Source of the DNA: Kiritimatiellia bacterium
GTDB taxonomy: Bacteria; Verrucomicrobiota; Kiritimatiellia; RFP12; JBMNHG01
Assembly (NCBI GenBank): GCA_045627705.1
Contig: JAZQOE010000154.1
Coordinates: 1-53,445, forward strand
Reading direction: 5' to 3'
Length of the DNA stretch: 53,445 bases
The notes under the pieces are model-generated. The model made no database searches and was not told where the DNA came from. It saw only the letters and a list, made by a program, of their open reading frames with translations. Positions 46,472 through 53,445 of this stretch are shown here, in pieces (position 1 is the first letter of the stretch; the number at the start of each line of letters is the position of its first letter). The translations under genes and the position numbers were made by a program.

Positions 46472-46510
46472 ACGCCCCGCTTCGAAAACGAAGCGAGGCG
46501 TCTTTGTTTT
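46472..46510 (+). terminator. Attenuator terminator hairpin
   Basis: ACGCCCCGCTTCG-AAAA-CGAAGCGAGGCGT followed by CTTTGTTTT. CGAAGCGAGG also occurs at the end of the leader ORF and can form the alternative antiterminator pairing. Confidence 0.8.
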
Positions 46511-46544
46511 CGAGGCGGACTTCACAAGGAGAAAGAGACAAGCG

Positions 46545-47912
46545 ATGAGCAACGAAATCCCATACAAGACTTATCTGGCCGAAAACGAGCTTCCCTCGGC
46601 CTGGTACAATGTCCGCGCCGACATGGCGAAGAAGCCCGCGCCCCTGCTGAACCCGCAGACGCACCAGCCTTGCACGCAGGAGGAACTGGAGCAGGTCTTC
46701 TGCAGCGAATGCGTGAAGCAGGAACTCGATGACTCGACCCCATACATCGCGATTCCCACGCCCGTGCTGGATTTCTACAAGATGTACAGGCCCTCCCCGC
46801 TCGTCCGCGCATACTTCCTCGAACGCGCCCTCGGCACACCCGCGAAGATATACTACAAGTTCGAAGGCAACAACACCTCGGGCTCCCACAAGCTGAACAG
46901 CGCGATTCCACAGGCATACTACGCGGCGGAACAGGGACTGCGCGGTGTAACGACAGAAACCGGCGCGGGACAATGGGGGACGGCGCTTTCGATGGCTTGC
47001 GCCTTCTACCATCTCGACTGCAAGGTTTTCATGGTCAAGTGCTCCTACGAACAGAAGCCATTCCGCCGCGAAGTGATGCGCACATACGGCGCCATGGTGG
47101 AGCCTTCGCCGTCGATGACGACCGAAGTCGGCCGCCAGATCAACGCCGCTCACCCCGGCACGACCGGCTCGCTCGGCTGCGCGATTTCCGAAGCCGTCGA
47201 ATGCGCCCGCACCAGCGAAGGCTACCGCTACCTCCTCGGCAGCGTCATGAACCTCGTCTGCCTCCACCAGTCGATCATCGGACTTGAAACGCAGACCGCG
47301 CTGCGTAGGCTTGGAGTGAAGCCGGATGTCATCATCGGCTGCGCCGGCGGCGGCTCGAACCTGGCCGGGCTGATAGCGCCGTTCATGGGCGAAGTCCTGC
47401 GAGGCGAGGCGGACTACCGCTTTATCGCGGTCGAACCATCCAGCTGCCCCTCGCTCACACGCGGCAGGTATGCGTACGATTTCTGCGACACCGGCAAAAT
47501 ATGCCCGCTCCAGAAGATGTACACGCTCGGACACGATTTTATTCCGTCGGCAAACCACGCGGGCGGATTGCGCTATCACGGAATGAGTTCGACACTCTCC
47601 GAACTCTACGAGCAGGGCTTGATGGAGGCCCGCTCGGTCGAGCAGACCAGCGTATTCGATGCGGCCAGATTTTTCGCTCGCACGGAGGGCATCCTCCCCG
47701 CCCCGGAATCGTCACACGCCATCAGGGTGGCGATAGACGAAGCACGGCGCTGCACGCGCGAGGGCAAAGCGGAAACAATCGTATTCGGACTCACCGGAAC
47801 CGGATATTTCGACATGACCAGCTATGCGAAATTCAATGACGGCACGATGACCGACTACATCCCGACCGACGACGAAATCGCGGCCAGCCTCGCCAAACTG
47901 CCAAGTCTCTGA
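46545..47912 (+). CDS. trpB: TrpB-like PLP-dependent enzyme (tryptophan synthase beta, TrpB2 type)
   Basis: WYNVRAD, RPSPLVRA, GSHKLNSA, TETGAGQWG, GSLGCAISEAVE, GCAGGGSN, HAGGLRYHG, PAPESSHA. Confidence 0.95.
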   Translation: MSNEIPYKTYLAENELPSAWYNVRADMAKKPAPLLNPQTHQPCTQEELEQVFCSECVKQELDDSTPYIAIPTPVLDFYKMYRPSPLVRAYFLERALGTPAKIYYKFEGNNTSGSHKLNSAIPQAYYAAEQGLRGVTTETGAGQWGTALSMACAFYHLDCKVFMVKCSYEQKPFRREVMRTYGAMVEPSPSMTTEVGRQINAAHPGTTGSLGCAISEAVECARTSEGYRYLLGSVMNLVCLHQSIIGLETQTALRRLGVKPDVIIGCAGGGSNLAGLIAPFMGEVLRGEADYRFIAVEPSSCPSLTRGRYAYDFCDTGKICPLQKMYTLGHDFIPSANHAGGLRYHGMSSTLSELYEQGLMEARSVEQTSVFDAARFFARTEGILPAPESSHAIRVAIDEARRCTREGKAETIVFGLTGTGYFDMTSYAKFNDGTMTDYIPTDDEIAASLAKLPSL

Positions 47913-47914
47913 TT

Positions 47915-48274
47915 AGCGCGGAATCGGGCGCGTATTGCGGGCGAATCCCCCGCGAAGCGCGAGATTGGCCACGTCGAGCAACTCGATCGCATCGATCACT
48001 TCGACTTGCTCGACCTGCACGACTCGATCGACGCGGCCGATTTCACGAACCTCCCGCGACGCGCGGGATCGGGCGCGTGTTGCGGGCGAGTCCCCCGCGA
48101 AGCGCGAGATCGGCCACGTCGAGCAACTCGATCGCATCGATCACCTCGACTTGCCCGACTCGCACGACTCGATCGACGCGGCCGATCCCGCTAAATCTCC
48201 CGCGAAGCGCGGGATCGGGCGCGCATTGCGGGCGAATCCCCCGCGAAGCGCGAGATCGGGCGCGTATTGCGGGC
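47915..48274. repeat. Mosaic hairpin repeat array, left (A-B-A-B-A-A')
   Basis: 41-bp unit A at 47915, 48060, 48206 and partial at 48247; 104-105-bp unit B at 47956 and 48101. Shared junction CCCGCGAAGCGCGRRATCGG. Confidence 0.9.
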
Positions 48275-48366
48275 AGAAAATGTCGCCCGGCAGGCGACAC
48301 ATTGCCACCCAAAAGCCGCTATTATCGCATCCATTCATTCAACTGAAACTGAAAGCGAGGCAAACA

Positions 48367-49122
48367 ATGGATGGCAATCGGCTCATAGGTGGTTCCGGCG
48401 GATACTTCAAACTTGATTCCTGGACGCTCGCAAATATCGTGCAACTTGGAACCCTGAAATTTTGCGAACGTTTCCTCGACCTCAAGAACGATCCCTGCGG
48501 CAGACTATACGATCAAATGACACAGGCTGCACGCTCTGGCGTTGCAAATATTGCCGAAGGCTCCGCCAGACATCATACATCCACAGAAACAGAAATGTCG
48601 CTGACAGATGTCGCTCGCGCAAGTCTCCAGGAACTTTCCGGCGATTATCTCAATTGGCTCCTTCGCCATGATCAGGTTCCATGGTTGAAAAACTCGGAGG
48701 ATGCTCAATTGATTTACACCATTCGCCTATCACCATGCGCTTACAGTAACGATATCCAGCACGATGCCTGTGCGAGAATCCTTGCCGATAAAAAGAAATT
48801 TGAACCCTGGCTCGAATCGAATAATTCTCTGATTGTCGCCAACGCCTTGCTCGTTCTTATCGCGCGAACCTGCAACATGCTCAACAGACAACTCCAATCA
48901 CAAGAAAATGATTTTCGCACAACAGGCGGTTTTCGCGAAAACCTCACGAAGGCCAGATTGGAAGCCCGCAAATTACAAAACATGGCAGAAGGAGCACCTA
49001 CATGCCCGATATGCGGTGCGCCAATGCTCAAAATAGTGGCCAAACGCGGTCGAAATTGCGGCCATGAGTTCTGGGGCTGCACAAAATACCCAGATTGCAA
49101 GGGCACGCGAGATGTCTCATGA
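48367..49122 (+). CDS. Four-helix-bundle (IVS/Avd-like) protein with a suffix domain and a C-terminal topoisomerase-type C4 zinc ribbon
   Basis: GGYFKLDSW, DQMTQAARSGVANIAEGS, LTDVARASLQELSGDY, ANALLVLI…MLNRQL…F…GGFRENL, CPICGAPM…FWGCTKYPDCKG. More AT-rich than its neighbours. Confidence 0.85.
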   Translation: MDGNRLIGGSGGYFKLDSWTLANIVQLGTLKFCERFLDLKNDPCGRLYDQMTQAARSGVANIAEGSARHHTSTETEMSLTDVARASLQELSGDYLNWLLRHDQVPWLKNSEDAQLIYTIRLSPCAYSNDIQHDACARILADKKKFEPWLESNNSLIVANALLVLIARTCNMLNRQLQSQENDFRTTGGFRENLTKARLEARKLQNMAEGAPTCPICGAPMLKIVAKRGRNCGHEFWGCTKYPDCKGTRDVS

Positions 49123-49127
49123 CTCAG

Positions 49128-49570
49128 CCGCCGAACCTTCCGCGAAGCGCGAGATCGGGCGCGTATTGCGGGCGAGTCCCCGCGAAGCGCGAGATCGGCC
49201 ACGTCGAGCAACTCGATCGCATCGATCACCTCGACTTGCCCGACCCGCTCGCCTCGATCGACGCGGCCGATCCCGCCGAACCTCCCGCGAAGCGCGGAAT
49301 CGGGCGCGTGTTGCGGGCGAGTCCCCCGCGAAGCGCGGGATCGGGCGCGCATTGCGGGCGAGTCCCCCGCGAAGCGCGAAATCGGCCATGTCGAGCAACT
49401 CGATCGCATCGATCGCCTCGACTTGCTCGACTCGCACGACTCGATCGACGCGGCCGATTTCGCCGAACCTCCCGCGAAGCGCGAGATCGGCCACGTCGAG
49501 CAACTCGATCGCGTCGATCGCCGCGACTTGCTCGACCTGCACGACTCGATTGACGCGGCCGATTTCGCCG
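49128..49570. repeat. Mosaic hairpin repeat array, right (B-end, A-B-A-A-B-B')
   Basis: Same units and orientation as the left array: A at 49146, 49291, 49332; B at 49186, 49373, 49478. Confidence 0.9.
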
Positions 49571-49628
49571 CTCCCCAAATGGCACAATAGATGCTATTGC
49601 AAAATCCCACTTGAATCAAAGGATACCC

Positions 49629-52600
49629 ATGAAACCACTAAAGACAACAACGCTCGCATTTGCCGCGGCGGTGTTGGCGCTTTCCGCCAAGGCCGACGAC
49701 CGCACGATGTCATTCAATTCCGAGATCAATGTCCTCCCCGCCCCCGGCGCGGTGACTGTGGATGGACTCGACAACGACTGGGATCTTTCCGCAGGCGTGT
49801 GGAGCTACAACGACCCTCTTATCGTTGACCGTTACTCCGTCTGGACTCACATGATGTGGGATGCCAACGGCGTCTATATGCTCGCCCGCTACACCGACAA
49901 CTCGCCGATGAAGAATGCCGCCGCCGGCAAGGACTTCTCGATGAGCTGGCGCGCGGACTGCTACCAGGCGCGAGTAATCTTCGATGACGGCACGCCAGAC
50001 GAACACCAGATGCACGTCAACATGTACTACTCTTCGCCCGACGTGCGCCCGTACATGATCATCAAGCATGGCGGTTTCAAGGCCAAGCCCCCTTACGACG
50101 CGACCGGCGTGGACCGTCCAGACCAGCTTGAAAAGTGGGGTCCGACCATGGACGCACTCGGCGGCAAGATCGCCTTCGCCCCATGGCAAGACGGCAAGGG
50201 CTACAACATGGAGGTCTTCTGGCCGTGGAGCTATTGCCGCACCTCCGGCAAAGCCCTCGAACCAGGAGAATCCTTCACCTACGGCATCGAGGCCATGTGG
50301 GGCAACGCCGCCGGCGAAATGCTCGCGCACCGTCTTGCCGACGGCATCAAGGATGAGACCGTCAACCGCATCTTCATGTTCCGCGCCCGCACTGGCTGGG
50401 GCCGCGCCCTCATCCTCGACCACGGCAACCTCACCGTGACCGAAGAGCAGAAGGCGCTCCGCAAGGACCGCGAAAAGCACTTCGTTGACTACGACACCTA
50501 CGGCAGCGTCCCGCTCCAATACTCCGTCCCGGCCGACCGCGACGTGACCATCGCGATCGACGACGCCCAGGGCCGCCGCGTCCGCAATCTCTTCGGCCAG
50601 TACCCGCGCTCGAAGGGCGATGTCACCGACCTCTGGGACTGCCTCGACGATAATGGCAACCCGGTCGCCCCCGGCAAGTACAATGTGACGATCGTCCACC
50701 ACGATCCTATCGCCCTCAAGTTCTTCAACTCGGTTTACTCCTCCGCCACCCCGCCGTGGAACACCGAAAACGGCTCGAAGCTCTGGGGCGCCAACCACGG
50801 CCACCCGACATCCGTCGCTACGCGCGGCGACAAGACCGTCCTCCTCTTCACAGGCACGGAAGGCGGCTCCGGCATGCAGCGCATCGACGACGACGGCATC
50901 ATCGTCTGGGCCGACCACAACGAGTTCGTCGATGGCACGATCGACGACACCTACTCGTACGGTCTCTCCCGCTCCTCGTGGCAGAGCTGCACGCTCATCG
51001 CCCGCTACCGCGTCACTGACGGCCACCTCGAACCCTTCGAGGACGAGAACCGCACGCCCAACGCGGTCATCCTCCCCGATGCGACAATCACCGACACATC
51101 GACCATCGCGATCGCCCACGGCGCTCTCTGGGTCTTCTGCCCGAATCGCGCCTTCCTGAAAATCGACCCCGCAACTGGCAAGGTAATCGAAACCCTCGAA
51201 ATGCCCGAAGGCCTCTGCGCCCTCACCGACCGCAATGACAAGCTCTTCGCACTCTATGCCGATGGCGCGGTCCGCCTCCTCGGCCCGGATGGCAAGCCCG
51301 TCGGCGACGTCGTGAAGTTCGATGGTCTCTCCAAGCCCGTCCGCCTCGGCATCGACATGGAAGAGAAGCGCTTCGCCGTCTCCGACCTCGACACCAACCA
51401 GGTTCTCATCTACGGTGCCGATGGCAAGCGCATTTCCGCGATTGGCTCCGCCCGTCCCGGTAAGGACCGCCCCGCCGGCGCATTCGTCAAGACCGACCTG
51501 ATCCGCCCGCTCGGCGCAGACTTCGACCATCTCGGCCGCCTTTGGATCGCAGAATGCGTCAAGACATGCAAGCGCGTGACTTGCTGGGACGCCGCCGACT
51601 ACCACCTCCTCGACCAGTACTGGGGACAGGCCGACTATGGCGCAATGGCCGGCTTCCCGATCACCTTCGACGCCACGCGCTTCATCGCCCACGGCATCGA
51701 GTTCAAGCTTGACCCCGCCCCCGATCCATGGCACCGCAAGACCAACGAGGAACCGCTCGTTTACCATCCCGAACTCGTTTCCGCCCGCGGTCCCGTTTAC
51801 CGCCTCAACGGCCACGAGTACGCCTGCGGCTGCCCCGGCTACAACAAGCCGGATTCCCTCAAGATGTTCATGCGCGGCGAAGACGGCGTCTTCCATGAAT
51901 GCATGAAGATCACCTGGTCCGGCCGCCAACGCATCGACAACAAGTGGGTCGAAGTCCCCGGTACCGCATGGATCGATTCGAACAACAACCACGAGGTCGA
52001 TGACGGCGAAACCTTCGTAGGACTCGACGCCCGCAACCTCTACTGGTCCAACGGCTGGATTCGTCCCGACCTCGCGATCCTCCTCACGAACAACAAATTC
52101 TTCAAGCCCACCGGATTCACCGAAGCCGGCATTCCGATCTACGACTTCGCCCACCCCGAAGCGCTCGGCGACGGCCGTGGCTTCCCCGACGGACAGGGTT
52201 CGGTCGGCACGCCGATCGTCGATAACGCCGGCAATGTCTCCAACGGCATCCGCTACCAGACAGTCGATGGCCGCACTGGCTCCTACCCGAACCGCTACGG
52301 CCGCCATGACGCCCCCGCCGCGCAGCGCGGCGTGCTTATCGCCCCGTTCCGCGCCAACGGCGTCGTGGAAGACATCCCCGGCGTCGGCAGCGTGATGGCG
52401 CTCGGCGGCGACCGCGGCGAGTGGTTCCTCTTCTCGATGGACGGAATCTACCTCTCCTCGATCTGCCAGGACAGCAAGGGCAATGTCGTCCTCGACGAGA
52501 CATTCATCGGCCAGGAATCCTTCGGCGGATTCATCTGGCGCGATCTCGAGACCGGCAAGGTGCTCGTCCAGCTCGGCGGCCCCTCGTACCGCCTGATGGA

Positions 52601-53414
52601 AGTCACCGGACTTGAGTCCTGCGTGCGCATCGACAAGGAGATCGAAGTCTCGGCCGACGATATCGCCAAGGGCGTCGAAATCGTCCAGAAGCGCCAGCAG
52701 GAGTCGGTGCACGAGCCCGCCACAATCACCATCGCGAAGGTCAATCGCCTTCCCGCGCAGCCCGCGCCCGTGATGCAGCCAATGAACCGCCCGCTCATCG
52801 ACGGCGCGGTTGACATCCCCGTCCACGAAGAGGGCAACAAGTCCGTCTGGTGGCGCGCCTCCCTCGCCCACAACGGCAAGGATCTCGCCATGATGTTCCA
52901 GGTTGCAGACCCGTCGCCCTGGATGAACGCCGAAGGCCGCTTCACCCATCTCTTCATCGGTGGCGACGCCATCGACCTCCAGCTCGACATCCCCGGCCGC
53001 GGGCCATGCCGTCTGCTCGCGGCGCCGATGAACGGGCGCGGCACGGTCGTTTACTGGCAGCAGAAGGCCGAAGCCCCCTCGAACCCCGTGACATACTCCG
53101 TGGGCAACAACATGGCCAACGCCTCGAACTTCGACATCGTGAAGCTCGTCCCGAACGCCAAGGTCCAGGTTCAGACCGGAATCGGCTCATACACGGTGCT
53201 GGTGACAGTGCCACTCGCCGAACTCGGCATCGATAGCGCGGTGCTCGGCGAAACTGTCAAGGGCGTTGTCGGCGTGCTCTACTCCAGCCCCGCCGGCGAC
53301 GACACGCTCTCGCGCGTTTACTGGCACAACAAGTCAACCGGCCTCGTTTCGGATGTCCCGAGCGAGTCCCGCCTCTACCCCAACCTCTGGGGCGATGTCA
53401 CGATCGCGAAGTAA
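49629..53414 (+). CDS. Large secreted protein: sugar-binding (CBM9-like) domains, FlgD-type Ig domain, beta-propeller/NHL repeats
   Basis: Signal peptide MKPLK…LSAKA; VTVDGLDNDWD; VTIAIDDAQGRRVRNL…WDCLDDNGNPVAPGKY; KPVRLGID…AVSD..TNQVLIY; WIDSNNNHEVD; RVYWHNK…SDVPSE…WG. Confidence 0.7.
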   Translation: MKPLKTTTLAFAAAVLALSAKADDRTMSFNSEINVLPAPGAVTVDGLDNDWDLSAGVWSYNDPLIVDRYSVWTHMMWDANGVYMLARYTDNSPMKNAAAGKDFSMSWRADCYQARVIFDDGTPDEHQMHVNMYYSSPDVRPYMIIKHGGFKAKPPYDATGVDRPDQLEKWGPTMDALGGKIAFAPWQDGKGYNMEVFWPWSYCRTSGKALEPGESFTYGIEAMWGNAAGEMLAHRLADGIKDETVNRIFMFRARTGWGRALILDHGNLTVTEEQKALRKDREKHFVDYDTYGSVPLQYSVPADRDVTIAIDDAQGRRVRNLFGQYPRSKGDVTDLWDCLDDNGNPVAPGKYNVTIVHHDPIALKFFNSVYSSATPPWNTENGSKLWGANHGHPTSVATRGDKTVLLFTGTEGGSGMQRIDDDGIIVWADHNEFVDGTIDDTYSYGLSRSSWQSCTLIARYRVTDGHLEPFEDENRTPNAVILPDATITDTSTIAIAHGALWVFCPNRAFLKIDPATGKVIETLEMPEGLCALTDRNDKLFALYADGAVRLLGPDGKPVGDVVKFDGLSKPVRLGIDMEEKRFAVSDLDTNQVLIYGADGKRISAIGSARPGKDRPAGAFVKTDLIRPLGADFDHLGRLWIAECVKTCKRVTCWDAADYHLLDQYWGQADYGAMAGFPITFDATRFIAHGIEFKLDPAPDPWHRKTNEEPLVYHPELVSARGPVYRLNGHEYACGCPGYNKPDSLKMFMRGEDGVFHECMKITWSGRQRIDNKWVEVPGTAWIDSNNNHEVDDGETFVGLDARNLYWSNGWIRPDLAILLTNNKFFKPTGFTEAGIPIYDFAHPEALGDGRGFPDGQGSVGTPIVDNAGNVSNGIRYQTVDGRTGSYPNRYGRHDAPAAQRGVLIAPFRANGVVEDIPGVGSVMALGGDRGEWFLFSMDGIYLSSICQDSKGNVVLDETFIGQESFGGFIWRDLETGKVLVQLGGPSYRLMEVTGLESCVRIDKEIEVSADDIAKGVEIVQKRQQESVHEPATITIAKVNRLPAQPAPVMQPMNRPLIDGAVDIPVHEEGNKSVWWRASLAHNGKDLAMMFQVADPSPWMNAEGRFTHLFIGGDAIDLQLDIPGRGPCRLLAAPMNGRGTVVYWQQKAEAPSNPVTYSVGNNMANASNFDIVKLVPNAKVQVQTGIGSYTVLVTVPLAELGIDSAVLGETVKGVVGVLYSSPAGDDTLSRVYWHNKSTGLVSDVPSESRLYPNLWGDVTIAK

Positions 53415-53425
53415 CGCGATAGCAT

Positions 53426-53443
53426 AAAAAAAACGGCGCGCCG
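53426..53443. repeat. Dispersed palindrome copy, left arm and core only, at the window edge
   Basis: AAAAAAAACGGCGCGCCG directly after the stop of the last gene. May also be one arm of a terminator hairpin cut by the window. Confidence 0.45.
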
Positions 53444-53445
53444 CG

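Noticed and set aside
45183-47579. 798-aa minus-strand ORF
   Set aside because: Antisense shadow of aspartate kinase and trpB2, caused by GC codon bias.
47935-48366. In-frame 144-aa N-terminal extension of the four-helix-bundle protein through the repeat array
   Set aside because: TTG start with no RBS and a repeat-derived low-complexity sequence. The family-like sequence begins at ATG 48367.
47915-49570. Second CRISPR array or a diversity-generating retroelement
   Set aside because: The inter-repeat segments are just two recurring units rather than unique spacers, and are unrelated to the I-C repeat. No reverse transcriptase or adenine-specific TR/VR pair is visible.
49710-52949. 1079-aa minus-strand ORF
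   Set aside because: Antisense shadow of the large secreted protein; no motifs of its own.

Overview
GC-rich bacterial chromosomal segment. The murC-murB fusion, the ddl-ftsQ-ftsA-ftsZ order and the secreted-protein types suggest a PVC-superphylum organism, probably Kiritimatiellae/Verrucomicrobia-like (inference). Bases 1-10.6 kb hold a type I-C CRISPR-Cas locus on the minus strand: XRE/IrrE-like regulator, cas3, cas5, cas8c with an internal cas11, cas7, cas4, [extra gene], cas1, cas2, leader, and the leader end of the array. The locus sits just past the 3' end of a tRNA-Ile2(CAT). The extra gene between cas4 and cas1 is a tightly coupled HUH/Y1 (RAYT-like) nuclease fused to a DprA/SLOG-like domain. 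The rest is mostly housekeeping and metabolic genes: murU-amgK-like fusion, rpsU, mrp, U32 protein, GH36, murC-murB, ddl, ftsQ, ftsA, divergent ftsZ, pyrE, glycyl radical enzyme, xerD, M20 peptidase, recD2, aspartate kinase, trpB2. Main non-coding signals: (1) a dif-like site overlapping the xerD stop codon; (2) a Trp-rich leader-peptide attenuator before trpB2; (3) a ~408-bp MITE/REPIN-like element; (4) a dispersed, mostly intragenic palindrome AAAA(A)CGGCGCGCCG(T)TTTT; (5) a mosaic array of two hairpin units flanking both sides of a four-helix-bundle/zinc-ribbon gene. Start codons and family calls come from manual motif reading only; no searches were run.
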